NCBI GenBank assembly: GCA_963707505.1
Contig: CAVPQB010000002.1
Location: 122,032-186,031, forward strand
DNA: 64,000 nt
Origin: an uncultured Gemmatimonadales bacterium
Lineage (GTDB): Bacteria; Gemmatimonadota; Gemmatimonadetes; Gemmatimonadales; Gemmatimonadaceae
Direction of reading: 5' to 3'
Positions 1-9,708 of this stretch are shown piece by piece. The notes below the pieces were generated by a model that saw only the letters and a program-made list of their open reading frames with translations, was not told where the DNA came from and searched no databases. Numbering within the stretch: position 1 is the stretch's first letter; each line of letters begins with the position of its first letter. A program made the translations under genes and the position numbers.

Positions 1-1056
1 GGCAACGAGTGCAATCGTCGAGACACGTAACGCATCGCGTATGAATGTGTCAGTCGCGTCGCGATCATACGCAATGAGATAGAGCAACGCGCCGAGCCAC
101 GCTCCGCCCGCCAGAAGATGCAGTGCCCTTGCCGGCTCGGTCCACATCGGGTCGATTGCTGCCGAATGACCGCTCGCACCGCTCACCACGAGTGCAGCAA
201 CCGCGAAGAACAGCGCAAGCCGCGGACGCCTCGCGATCGCAACGGCCCACAGAACGAGGATGGCGAGTCCGGTACGCCAGATCTCGATCCTCCCGATGCT
301 GCTTGCAAGAAGCGCCGATGTCGAATCACTTGCAAGCCGGTGATCCGGCGTCGCATTCATGATCCAGGCGCCGAAGTGCAACGCGAGTAGAATCGCCGCA
401 GCGATCGAGAGCCGGGTCGCAAGTCGTGCCGGTCTGCGCTGCACGCGCACAGTCGCCGTGCGCGGCCACGACAGGCAGAAAAGCAAACCCGCGACCGCCA
501 TGAGAAATCCGAGTCCGAGCCCGCGCAGCGCGGCTGGCACGATCGGAGCTCCGATAACGGTCGGGCCCCAGGTCGATGGTGTGTTCAGAGCGGCGGGCGA
601 AACCGGCGGAGCCTGTGCAGAGGAATCGCCTATCCAGAAGATGATATTGCCTTCGACCGGATGACCGTCGGCCGAAACGACTCGCCATACAAGCCGATAG
701 GATCCCGGTGCGAGCGATCCGACCGGCGCAGCTATCGCGTGTACGTCATGCGGATCTCCGGCAACGACAAGCCGCGTGACGCTGCCGTCATCCGCGACGA
801 GCGAAAGTCGCGCCAGCGTCGGCTCGATTTCCTCACTGAACAGCAGGCGCACGCGTGACGGCCCAACCGACAGATGCGCGTTGGCGGCCGGCGCGGAGCT
901 TACGAGCGAGGCATGCGCGTGCGCGACGGACCTGGTGGCAAACAGCATGACCAGGCTACCGAAAACGACGAATGCAACACTCTGCACACATGCCATGCAC
1001 CGCGCGTGCGCAAAATGGCGTACGTTCGTTCGTTTCGCGCTGGTCACGTGTGGCAT
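1..1056 (-). CDS. CopC-CopD fusion copper uptake/resistance protein (YcnJ-like), runs off the window start
   Basis: Not in the ORF track; translated by hand from the ATG 1 nt after the TonB receptor stop. Signal peptide, then HAHASLVSSAP...RLLFSEEIEP...YRLVWRVVSADGHPVEG (CopC), then TM segments with SGHSAA and ALHLLAGGAWLG (CopD). Confidence 0.88.
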   Translation of the reverse strand, partial: MPHVTSAKRTNVRHFAHARCMACVQSVAFVVFGSLVMLFATRSVAHAHASLVSSAPAANAHLSVGPSRVRLLFSEEIEPTLARLSLVADDGSVTRLVVAGDPHDVHAIAAPVGSLAPGSYRLVWRVVSADGHPVEGNIIFWIGDSSAQAPPVSPAALNTPSTWGPTVIGAPIVPAALRGLGLGFLMAVAGLLFCLSWPRTATVRVQRRPARLATRLSIAAAILLALHFGAWIMNATPDHRLASDSTSALLASSIGRIEIWRTGLAILVLWAVAIARRPRLALFFAVAALVVSGASGHSAAIDPMWTEPARALHLLAGGAWLGALLYLIAYDRDATDTFIRDALRVSTIALVA

Positions 1057-1057
1057 A

Positions 1058-3397
1058 CTACAGCGAATACTTCACGCCCGCCACAACGGTACGCTGCGGA
1101 AATGGATGAAACAGAAAGTACTTTCGGTCGAGAAGATTATCGACTCCGACAGACGCTCCCCAGTGACGATCGACCCGGAAACTTGCGCGCGCATCCATTA
1201 CGAACCACTCGCTGAATCCCTGATACGTGTTGGGGTTGACGTCCGTGTTATCCAGCGTGGTAAACATCTTGTCGCTGTAGCGCCCCGCAAGCGAGAAGGC
1301 GATTCGCGTATCAGGGTGATAGGTGGCCAGAAATGTCGCGCGCCACTTTGGTATGTTCGGCAGAAACTTGCCAACCGCAGTACCCGCCTGCGCCGATGCG
1401 CTCGCGCGCCCCGAGAGTGCAAGTGTACGTGCGTCGAGATATGTCACGCTTCCGGACAGATCCAGTCCGTGAAACAGTATTCCCGTGCTGTTACCGGTCA
1501 GCTCGACACCACGCGCCCTCACATGATCGACGTTGGAGAGAAACGAGTACAACGTCGGTGAGCTCGGCACGAGCGGAAGAAACTGCGAGATGATCGCGTC
1601 GTGCACGTCGTCCTGGAACAGCGACAGCTGCACGTCTCCGCGAGCGAAGGAACGTGTTGCACGCAGCTCGGCGGCCAGATCGTTGTCCGGCTTCAGGTCC
1701 GGATCCGGCGACGTGAACGTCGCGCCAGTCGAGACGAGCTGATACAGCTCCGCGGGTGTTGCAAAGCGATACGCTTTCGCGACAGACGCGGTGATCTTCC
1801 AATCCGGAGCTGCATCCCATGCAAGTACCGCCTTGGGCGAAAACTTCGACGATGTGACTGTGGGTTGAATGATGCTCGTGGATCCGTTCACGTTGAATCC
1901 GTCGTAACCACGCCAATCCTCGTAGCGACCACCCAGGGTGAGATTCACGGTTGGACTGATGAGCCAATGCTCCTGCGCCCACAACGCGTACGTGCGCGTC
2001 TTGCCGTCGCCCTCGGTCGCTACCGTAGTAAGCGGGCCATTGCGCCAGTCGGGAGTGTTGAATGTCGGGTTCGCAAGCGCGTAACGGTCCGCGTGCACAC
2101 CGAACGTCACCGTATGTCTCGCGCCCGGACCTCCGCGATGCCACGCGCCCTTGAGATCGAGCGTGGACCAGCCGGTGCCATCCAGCACAGCGACCTTGCC
2201 CGCGGTTCCGAACGACGCACCGCCCGACACTGTCCCCGGTGTGCGTTGCCGATCCTTGTCGTACTGATACAGCGTCCCAACAGCTTCGAAGTCCCAATCG
2301 CTCTTCGTATCGGTCCGAAGTGAGAAACTCTGCGACGTATGTGTCTCGTCGAGAGCGTAGAAACCGCTCGCGAACCCCGTTTGTCCGCCGAATGTCGGTT
2401 GACCAGAGTCAGCCAGATACGTATCCACGCTCGACTTTCCGTCATTGTGCCAGAAGCCGACCGTGTACGCCGCACGAAGCACGGGCGTGATATCGTACGC
2501 GAGCTTGATCTTCCCGTTGGTCATTCCGGTGTGAAGCAGACCCGACGCCCCGGGTACGTTGGTCGGCGCACCAAGCTTGTTCGCGCTCGCGTAACCACCA
2601 GTGGCACCGGTCGGTAGGCTGGCGCTCGTGACGTAGAGCAGCGGCTGACTCTGGCTGTTCTGGTAGCTGCCGCTTACCCAGAACGAGAACTTGCCGAACC
2701 GGTCCCCGACGGTGGCGTTGGTCTGCGAGGTCCCGAAACTTCTGTCGGTCCCGTAGAGATTGAAGTGCTGCAGCGCCTGCGTCTGCTGCACCGATCCTTC
2801 GAGCGAGCTGGGCTGGCGCGTCGTGATCTCCATGACTGCGCCCATCGAGTTGCCTGGGTACGCAGCTGAGAAAGGCCCATACATCATGTCGATGCGCGCG
2901 ATCTCCTCAGGAGATATGAGACCCCATCGCGGTCCGCCGATCGTGTTGTTGTTGGCGATCAGCGCGGAAAGCGGAACGCCGTCGGCGAATACCAGACTGC
3001 GCGCACTGGAGCTCACGCCCCAGACGCGCGTTCCGATCGTCGCCTGCGTGTCACCGTAGTTCCGCTTGCGAATATAGATGCTCGGCAGATACTTCACCGC
3101 GTCTTCGGGATCGACGAGATTGACCGTCTCCTTCGCCTTCTGGGCGGTTATGCTCGCCGTCACTGGCAACGTGAGAAGCTGGAGCGGAGCGACGTGAGTT
3201 TCGCTACCGCGCTTCGCCGTAACCTGGACGGCACGGAGCTTTGCGGTGCTGTCTCGGGCGGTGGTGTCACGGACCGGCTGTTGAGCAGCCGGACTGGTCT
3301 GTGCACCCAATCGCCCTGCATGCGCCAACAGGCACGCAATAGCTATCAGCAGCACCGAGTGCCGCTTGAATGTCCTACCCAACAATTGCGAAATCAT
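1058..3397 (-). CDS. TonB-dependent outer membrane receptor, probably metal (Cu) related
   Basis: 779 aa; signal peptide, plug motif (IARIDMMYGPFSAAYPGNSMGAV), barrel C-terminus GVDNLLDRKY...GVKYSL; coupled to copCD. Confidence 0.92.
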   Translation of the reverse strand: MISQLLGRTFKRHSVLLIAIACLLAHAGRLGAQTSPAAQQPVRDTTARDSTAKLRAVQVTAKRGSETHVAPLQLLTLPVTASITAQKAKETVNLVDPEDAVKYLPSIYIRKRNYGDTQATIGTRVWGVSSSARSLVFADGVPLSALIANNNTIGGPRWGLISPEEIARIDMMYGPFSAAYPGNSMGAVMEITTRQPSSLEGSVQQTQALQHFNLYGTDRSFGTSQTNATVGDRFGKFSFWVSGSYQNSQSQPLLYVTSASLPTGATGGYASANKLGAPTNVPGASGLLHTGMTNGKIKLAYDITPVLRAAYTVGFWHNDGKSSVDTYLADSGQPTFGGQTGFASGFYALDETHTSQSFSLRTDTKSDWDFEAVGTLYQYDKDRQRTPGTVSGGASFGTAGKVAVLDGTGWSTLDLKGAWHRGGPGARHTVTFGVHADRYALANPTFNTPDWRNGPLTTVATEGDGKTRTYALWAQEHWLISPTVNLTLGGRYEDWRGYDGFNVNGSTSIIQPTVTSSKFSPKAVLAWDAAPDWKITASVAKAYRFATPAELYQLVSTGATFTSPDPDLKPDNDLAAELRATRSFARGDVQLSLFQDDVHDAIISQFLPLVPSSPTLYSFLSNVDHVRARGVELTGNSTGILFHGLDLSGSVTYLDARTLALSGRASASAQAGTAVGKFLPNIPKWRATFLATYHPDTRIAFSLAGRYSDKMFTTLDNTDVNPNTYQGFSEWFVMDARASFRVDRHWGASVGVDNLLDRKYFLFHPFPQRTVVAGVKYSL

Positions 3398-3598
3398 TTA
3401 TATGGCTCTGAAAACGGCCGGCCGCACTCGCGCGCGCACCTTCCGTGAATCGGTTGTAGTACACGACACCGGGCGTCGGATGACGCACTGGTGATGATCG
3501 AGTGATGTTATGTGATGATGTTCGTACGAGTAACGCCACCACATTCCATGGCGCGTGAGCCGTACGCGAGCTACGCTGTCGAGCTGCCGATCAGCGCG

Positions 3599-4021
3599 TC
3601 AGATCGAGAGCGCTACGGGAGGACCGTTGGCGAACGGGTGCGCGTAGGGCACCGTCGCGACGGGAGTGCTCACATCACACGACGGTGCGATCGTCGCGTA
3701 TTCCATGGTCCTGCTGGCAGCCACGTCCGCGCGCGCGGAAGCCGGCACCAACACCGGCGGCGCACAACAACAATCGCTGAGACAGGTGCAGGTTGTGCCA
3801 GACCCCTGCGACGGCGTTTCATGATGGCCAGTGCGCTGGGCAGTGCCGCTCTGCGCCGTGGTACCGCCAGCCATCCCCGGCATTTCGGGCATGCCAACCA
3901 TCTGCGCTGCGTTGCCACCGTGCATGGCGCACGGGTGCAGCATCATGGGCTCGGTCACTGCAACACCGAGCCAGATGCCCCACATGGCGGTAACTATGCG
4001 AATCCAGAGAGCGCGTCGCAT
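3599..4021 (-). CDS. DUF2946/CruR-like Cys-rich small protein
   Basis: N-terminal hydrophobic segment, PCAMH, Met/His-rich linker, CTCLSDCCC, C-terminal PFANGPP; directly upstream of the TonB receptor. Confidence 0.7.
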   Translation of the reverse strand: MRRALWIRIVTAMWGIWLGVAVTEPMMLHPCAMHGGNAAQMVGMPEMPGMAGGTTAQSGTAQRTGHHETPSQGSGTTCTCLSDCCCAPPVLVPASARADVAASRTMEYATIAPSCDVSTPVATVPYAHPFANGPPVALSI

Positions 4022-4218
4022 CCCGAAACTTACAGAAGAACCTTTGCAAAAGACATCCTCGTCCGCTCGGGAATGGCGCGCCCGGGGCGAATCGGTGGTG
4101 AAACCGCCGACAAAGTGGTCAGGCGATCTCTGACCGGATGATGATCTTCGGCTCCTTCGGGCGGCCTGGCTTCGGAGTGAGCCAGTCGTTCGAGCCGACG
4201 GACGGAGGTACCCTGCGA

Positions 4219-4833
4219 ATGATAAATTCCGGGATGATCCTGAATCAGCTGTTCACAGATCTATTCGTCCCTGGTGTATCGATCGCAGAGAAGGTTCTGC
4301 GCACCGTTCTGGTATACGGCTTTCTCGTCATCCTGCTGAGAGTGGCCGGCAAGCGTACACTCGGGCAGGTCACATCGTTCGATCTCGTAGTTCTGCTGTT
4401 GCTGTCGAATACCGTGCAGAACGCGATAATCGGCAACGACAACTCACTCCTTGGTGGTCTGATTGGTGCAGTTGTGCTGATCGTGGGTGACTACGTGGTT
4501 GTCAGGGCGTTGTACAATCACAGAAAGTTGGATCGCGTAATCGAAGGAGCCACGTCGGTGCTGGTTCACCACGGCAAGTTCGTGGACGCAAACATGAAGC
4601 ATCAGTTGATCACGCGGGCGGAACTCGAAGCCGACATGCGCAAACAGGGCATCGCGCACATGTCAGATGTGCGCTGCGCGCGAATCGAGACTGGCGGTGC
4701 AATCACTTTCGAGCTCGAAAGCCCTACGGAACATGAAAGGCATCTCACTGATCTCGTCGCACGACTCGAGCGAATCGAGACCATGTTGGAAAGACTGGAA
4801 GCGTCGGGCAATGATCAGCAGGCCGATGCATAA
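4219..4833 (+). CDS. YetF/DUF421 family membrane protein
   Basis: LRVAGKRTLGQVTSFDLVVLLLLSNTVQNA and ARIETGGAIT motifs; GGAGGT RBS before ATG 4219. Confidence 0.88.
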   Translation: MINSGMILNQLFTDLFVPGVSIAEKVLRTVLVYGFLVILLRVAGKRTLGQVTSFDLVVLLLLSNTVQNAIIGNDNSLLGGLIGAVVLIVGDYVVVRALYNHRKLDRVIEGATSVLVHHGKFVDANMKHQLITRAELEADMRKQGIAHMSDVRCARIETGGAITFELESPTEHERHLTDLVARLERIETMLERLEASGNDQQADA

Positions 4834-4848
4834 CCGCACGGAGCACGG

Positions 4849-5115
4849 GTGAGGATCTGGCACGGACGACACGCTGCACCCTTGATCGCCATCTGGCTAT
4901 TCGCGTTGATCGTCGCGGCGATTCTCTACAGGATCGAGGACATTCAGCCTGCGCTGTCGGATCTCATCCGGCCAGTCTACGTCATTTTGCTTGCGCTGGC
5001 CGTGCTGGTCACGTGGAAGTGGTTCCGAGCGCGCGCAATCGGGACGCAGCACGATCGCAGGCAGGCTGATCGCAGACATACGGATCGGCGCGAGGACAGC
5101 GACGCCGATCTCTGA
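4849..5115 (+). CDS. small 2-TM hypothetical protein
   Basis: Two hydrophobic segments and a DRRQADRR tail; follows YetF. Confidence 0.55.
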   Translation: MRIWHGRHAAPLIAIWLFALIVAAILYRIEDIQPALSDLIRPVYVILLALAVLVTWKWFRARAIGTQHDRRQADRRHTDRREDSDADL

Positions 5116-5121
5116 TCATGA

Positions 5122-6363
5122 CTACGCCGCTACGGCGTTCTTTACTCCGGTGAGCTGCTCGTTTACCCAGGTCAGAGACTTGGTATAGAGCCAGGCCATC
5201 TGCATCGGCAGCACGCCCAGCGACGACGCGAGCACATCAACCTGGTCCCACTCGCCACGCTGGTACGCATCTGCGAGCAACAACGGCTCGGCGTACGGAC
5301 CACTTCCCTCCATTACAGCCTGGCGAATCTCGTCCGATATACTGACGCGCGCCAGCACGTCGCGCATGGGCATGCGCAGAAGCACGTCGAGCATGGAGAA
5401 CAATCCAGTCATGAACAACGCCTGCGGATGCCGTACCTGTGGACTGGATTCCGCGATCAACTCGCAGAGGCGTGCACGCAACAGCGCCGCGTACACGAGC
5501 TGATCGGTGACATCGTTGCCTGTCACCATCGACGAGACCATGAGCAGCGCGAGCCAGCGATACAACATCTGGCGCCCAACGATGCGGATCGCATAGCCGA
5601 TCGAGTCGATTCCGCGGCCACCAACCGACGCGGAATTCACGATGCGCAATAGCTTGTACGTGAGCGTTGGATCGGAACGGAAGCCGCTCTCGATAGATGC
5701 ATCCGGTGTCTCGTGATCGCGCAACATGTTGAGCAGACGCAGCATCGCCGTCTGTCCTACCTCGATCTCCTTGCGCGTCACGAGCTCGGGACGGCGATAG
5801 AAGTATCCTTGAAAGAGATCGAAGCCGAGCTTCATGCACTCCTGGTGCATGTCCATCGTCTCGACGCGCTCTGCGAGAATCTGCACCTTGAACGGCCGCA
5901 AACGCCGCATCAACGCGGCCAGCTCGCCCGGCTTTCTATGTAGTACGTCGAGTTTGACGATGCCGACGGTGTGAAGCAATGCGTCGAATGACGGATCGTC
6001 CACGTAATCGTCGAGCGCGAGCTGGTACCCGCTCTGCGTGAGGCGCCGACAGGCCGAGACGACCGCGGGGTCGTTTCCGACTGTTTCGAGTACTTCGATC
6101 ACGACCTTCTGCGGCGGAAGAAGCTCGACCTGACCATCGAGCAGAAACTCGCGCGTGCAATTCACGAACGCGCGGTGGCCGTCCGTGAGGTCATCGAGAC
6201 CGATATCGAGGAAGGAGTGAATCACCGTATCGGTGCACATCGCGTCAGCGGCGGCGCCGTCCGCGATCGTGGACAGCGCCGTATTCCGGTAGAGCAGCTC
6301 ATATCCGGAAAGCCGGTCGTGCCGGTCGAAGATTGGCTGGCGTGCAACGAATACGTCAATCAT
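5122..6363 (-). CDS. EAL plus HDOD domain protein (YuxH/PdeH-like)
   Basis: VARQPIFD...GYELLYR, LALDD, LAERVET, FQGYFY, DPTLTYKLLRIVNS, LFMTGLFSMLD. Confidence 0.92.
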   Translation of the reverse strand: MIDVFVARQPIFDRHDRLSGYELLYRNTALSTIADGAAADAMCTDTVIHSFLDIGLDDLTDGHRAFVNCTREFLLDGQVELLPPQKVVIEVLETVGNDPAVVSACRRLTQSGYQLALDDYVDDPSFDALLHTVGIVKLDVLHRKPGELAALMRRLRPFKVQILAERVETMDMHQECMKLGFDLFQGYFYRRPELVTRKEIEVGQTAMLRLLNMLRDHETPDASIESGFRSDPTLTYKLLRIVNSASVGGRGIDSIGYAIRIVGRQMLYRWLALLMVSSMVTGNDVTDQLVYAALLRARLCELIAESSPQVRHPQALFMTGLFSMLDVLLRMPMRDVLARVSISDEIRQAVMEGSGPYAEPLLLADAYQRGEWDQVDVLASSLGVLPMQMAWLYTKSLTWVNEQLTGVKNAVAA

Positions 6364-6490
6364 GGCGTGCCAACGATTTAGGGCTCCGATAATTGGTGAA
6401 CTTCATCTAATTATCGGCTTCACGGCGTACGGAGTCGCAAATTCTGCATCCGTTGGCACGCCAGCCCACACTAACCCCGACAGACCCCGA

Positions 6491-6802
6491 CTAGGCGGCC
6501 GACTTCAACGCGGCGAAGAGACCTCCGACCGCGCGGATCACGTCTTCATTACCCTCGCGCATGAGGGCGGCGAGGATGTGCTTGCAGACCGTGTCGCGCC
6601 ACAGGTAATCGCCACAATCGCATCGCGGATGCGCCGCTGAATAGATGTCCACCCAGTGCTCCGACTGCCCACCCACGATCCGATAACGGCCATATCCAAC
6701 ATGCTCGGCGCGGAGTCCAAGTGCTCGTTCCAGACGAGCAACGTCAGCTCCCGGACCCTCGAAATCGAGCGCCGGCAGCAATACAATCTGATCCGGTTCC
6801 AT
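6491..6802 (-). CDS. SWIM zinc-finger protein
   Basis: CDCGD...CKHILA (CxC...CxH); AAAGGAG RBS before ATG 6802. Confidence 0.8.
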   Translation of the reverse strand: MEPDQIVLLPALDFEGPGADVARLERALGLRAEHVGYGRYRIVGGQSEHWVDIYSAAHPRCDCGDYLWRDTVCKHILAALMREGNEDVIRAVGGLFAALKSAA

Positions 6803-6871
6803 CGTACTAACTCCTTTGATATCAATCACTTACCGAACAAGATTGATACCCGGAACATCAGATTAAGTTTC

Positions 6872-6889
6872 TTCGAACATTCGTTCGAA
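6872..6889. promoter_or_regulatory. LexA-like operator TTCGAAC-ATTC-GTTCGAA
   Basis: Perfect 7-bp-arm palindrome matching the GAAC-N4-GTTC SOS box, about 70 bp upstream of the SWIM gene. Confidence 0.6.
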
Positions 6890-6891
6890 AA

Positions 6892-7965
6892 CTATCTCCC
6901 GACACCGGCGAACATGACCGGACCTGTAGGTGCAGGCATGCCTCCCTCGGGCTCTTCGGTCACCGCGACCCGCCGTAGAGTACCGGGCTCCATCGGGTGT
7001 TTGGAAGCCACCACCGCTGATCCGGTGGAGTCCGGCATGAAGGTGCCGACCGAGACCGGGGTGGTAGTTCCGCGTGCCATCAGCCACACCTGATAGACCT
7101 TCCCGCGGGCGGGAGGCTTCACGTTGGACGCATACAATATGAACATCTGCTTCTTCTGGTCCCAGAACATACGAGCCATGGGCGAGGCATCGGCGTAGCT
7201 CATCAGGTCGATGACCCGCGTGTGCATTCCGGTCAGCGCTGAGATGAGACTGTCTTTTTGTGCGACAGAGATTCGTAGCTGAGCGACCTGTGCCTCGAGA
7301 CTCGAATCGTGCATCGCGCTCGCGGTCCCGGTACTCCCGGCCTGCGATCGGTTTCGCCAGCTGTAAATACCGAACGCCGCAATGACCAGTGCGGCTGCGA
7401 TAGCCAGGCCGCCGACTATTCGTCCCATCGGCAGGCGGTTGCGTGGCTCGAACGGAATCACATGTAGCGGAGTGTGTCGAGCCTGAGCGTTCCCGTGCGG
7501 TGCCGGCGCTGCTTGGTGGCGCGACGGCGACGGCGACGCAGGCCTGCTCGGCCTGACGGGTCTGGCGATTTGCTGATGGCTCTCTGCTGTGGCGTCCGAC
7601 GACTGTGCCTGGCGCCCGACATTGGTTGCGGCCGCGCGCGCGACGAGTCGCGAACGAATCCCTGCCGAGCGACCGCGATTCATTTGCTGCATGGGCGCGA
7701 GCCGCGCGAGCTCGGCGACCACAGCTTCCATGGCGGCAAGCTCCGCGGAGACAGCCGGATCTACTGACGCGGCGGTGTAGAGCGCTGCTTCCTCCTGCGG
7801 CCCGAGCGCGCCGAGCGCCGCACTGGCCACATCGAACGCGGGCTCCGGCTCGTTGAGTGGAGTCGGAGACGCAGGGTGCCCGGGGGTTGGCTGGTCATGC
7901 GCGCCATCGTTGCCGGCGTTTGCATCCTGCAGGTGTTCGTTATGCGGTTCTTTGTTTTCGCTCAT
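6892..7965 (-). CDS. anti-sigma factor (RskA family)
   Basis: Central TM segment; C-terminal YQVWL...SVGTF...VAVTEEPEGGMPAPTGP; overlaps the sigma gene stop. Confidence 0.88.
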   Translation of the reverse strand: MSENKEPHNEHLQDANAGNDGAHDQPTPGHPASPTPLNEPEPAFDVASAALGALGPQEEAALYTAASVDPAVSAELAAMEAVVAELARLAPMQQMNRGRSAGIRSRLVARAAATNVGRQAQSSDATAESHQQIARPVRPSRPASPSPSRHQAAPAPHGNAQARHTPLHVIPFEPRNRLPMGRIVGGLAIAAALVIAAFGIYSWRNRSQAGSTGTASAMHDSSLEAQVAQLRISVAQKDSLISALTGMHTRVIDLMSYADASPMARMFWDQKKQMFILYASNVKPPARGKVYQVWLMARGTTTPVSVGTFMPDSTGSAVVASKHPMEPGTLRRVAVTEEPEGGMPAPTGPVMFAGVGR

Positions 7966-8570
7966 GCTCTGCTCTCTCGCAGGCCCACCAACTTGTCGCG
8001 CAATTTCTGCATGCCGAGCCGCATTCTAGTCTTGATGGTGCCGAGCGGCTCGCCGAGGAATTCGGCGATTTCGGATTGGCTGAAGCCGCGGAAGTAAGCC
8101 AGGTCGAGCGCACGGCGCTGGTCTTCAGGAAGCTCCTGCAGCGCCGCGTGTACCAGAATTCTGCGCTCATTGCTTTCGACGTCCTGCGACGGATCGGGAG
8201 CCGGGTCGCGAAGAATGCTCAGATCGGCGGCGATGTCCTCGCGGTTGCGCTTGCGACTACGGAGTCGATCGAGCGCGCGACTGCGCGCGATGGTCAGAAT
8301 CCACGTTCGCACAGTACCACGCGACGCATCGTATGATGAAGCACGCTGCCATACCTGCCAGAATGTTTCCTCCACGACGTCCTCCGCACCATCAGCGTCC
8401 TTGAGGAGATGAGCCACCATCGAGTAAACTGGCTGCGCCCAGCTATCGTACAGCGCTGCCAGAGCTGACTCATCGCCCCCGGCGATCCGCCGGACGAGGG
8501 ATAAATCGTCGCTGGGCGTAGCGATGGCTGGTCGTGTGGTGTACGTCGGTTCCTGCCGCGACGGATTCAT
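7962..8570 (-). CDS. ECF RNA polymerase sigma factor (SigK-like)
   Basis: DGAEDVVEETFWQVW, WILTIARSRALD, LAYFRGFSQSEIA...PLGTIKTR. Confidence 0.93.
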   Translation of the reverse strand: MNPSRQEPTYTTRPAIATPSDDLSLVRRIAGGDESALAALYDSWAQPVYSMVAHLLKDADGAEDVVEETFWQVWQRASSYDASRGTVRTWILTIARSRALDRLRSRKRNREDIAADLSILRDPAPDPSQDVESNERRILVHAALQELPEDQRRALDLAYFRGFSQSEIAEFLGEPLGTIKTRMRLGMQKLRDKLVGLRESRA

Positions 8571-8766
8571 TGCGAGGGAATCTACCCCGCCACGCCCGGG
8601 TGGGCCATGCGGCGGACTGTGCGGATTCGCGGCGGCGGAGCGCGTTACGAAGGGAATCGGTTCGCGTCCCTATATAAGGAAGATCCTGAGCGAGCGGCGT
8701 GGCGACGCAGCGTAGTGGCGAGGTTACGACGTCGACGATCGCCGCTCAAAACGGAGAACAGGTGGC

Positions 8767-8925
8767 ATGGTAAAGATCCTTGGTATGACCGGCTCGTTCG
8801 TTTTCAGCTCGGTAGGGTGGTGGCTTGGCGCATTTGTTGGGACGATGACGGCGTGCATGCTGTCGATCGTCGGCATTGGCGTGGGGATGTATATCGGCCG
8901 CCGGATAGCGAACGATTTCTTCTAG
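8767..8925 (+). CDS. 52-aa Gly-rich membrane peptide
   Basis: Below the ORF-track cutoff; MVKILGMTGSFVFSSVGWWLGAFVGTMTACMLSIVGIGVGMYIGRRIANDFF with a GGAG RBS. Confidence 0.65.
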   Translation: MVKILGMTGSFVFSSVGWWLGAFVGTMTACMLSIVGIGVGMYIGRRIANDFF

Positions 8926-8997
8926 TCGTTGATGCAGTGATTCTGCAGTAATTCGATCCAGCGAGCGCCAACCAGATTGGCCGCCTCCCGTTCACTC

Positions 8998-9624
8998 ATG
9001 CGAGGTTTGAGCATGATGAAAAGACCGTCGTTCATGCGAGTGTTGTGCGGCTGTGTGATCGCCGCGTCTTGTGGCGCCGCCACGCCTGACAGTATCCCGC
9101 TTCTGGCGCAGGGCTCGACACCGAGGAAGGCGCTGGTGAATGTGACGGGAGAGTTTCGCGAGGATGGATCGTGTCAGGTCTTCGCCGACGGTAAGCCCGT
9201 TTTCAATCCATCTGACAGTGCCCAGACGACGTACATTCACGACGCAACAATGAATCTCGCGCCTGGCGGATTTGATGCGCATGAATTGTGGTGTGCGCCG
9301 AGCGGTCCGGAACAGCCCACGATACCGCCGATCGATCTTCAGGCGCGATCGTTCGTGGTTCTGCTCTACGCTCCGAACGGGCAGCTGGCACAGCCTCGGA
9401 CGTATGACGTGCGAGCCGGCATACCTACGTCGGAGGCCGCGAATCGTCTCGTCGGAACAGGATTGTTCGGAATGAGTCCTCAGGTGACAGAAGACTCAGT
9501 GCCGATCCAGATCGGGCTGGTATATCTGATGGGAATTCGGGGGACGGTGGACATAATCCGTGTCGACGCCAACCGGGTGGTGGCGAAGTTCGCATTCGGT
9601 GCACAACCGGCGCGATCACTCTGA
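8998..9624 (+). CDS. hypothetical exported protein/lipoprotein
   Basis: Signal-like N-terminus ending AASC; beta-rich body; start uncertain. Confidence 0.55.
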   Translation: MRGLSMMKRPSFMRVLCGCVIAASCGAATPDSIPLLAQGSTPRKALVNVTGEFREDGSCQVFADGKPVFNPSDSAQTTYIHDATMNLAPGGFDAHELWCAPSGPEQPTIPPIDLQARSFVVLLYAPNGQLAQPRTYDVRAGIPTSEAANRLVGTGLFGMSPQVTEDSVPIQIGLVYLMGIRGTVDIIRVDANRVVAKFAFGAQPARSL

Positions 9625-9708
9625 GCTCGGAGTAGTGGTGAGATGACGCGCCGGTGTCGGGACGCGTGACGCGGGACGCGTGACGCCAAACGCCGGATGC
9701 GACCGCGA

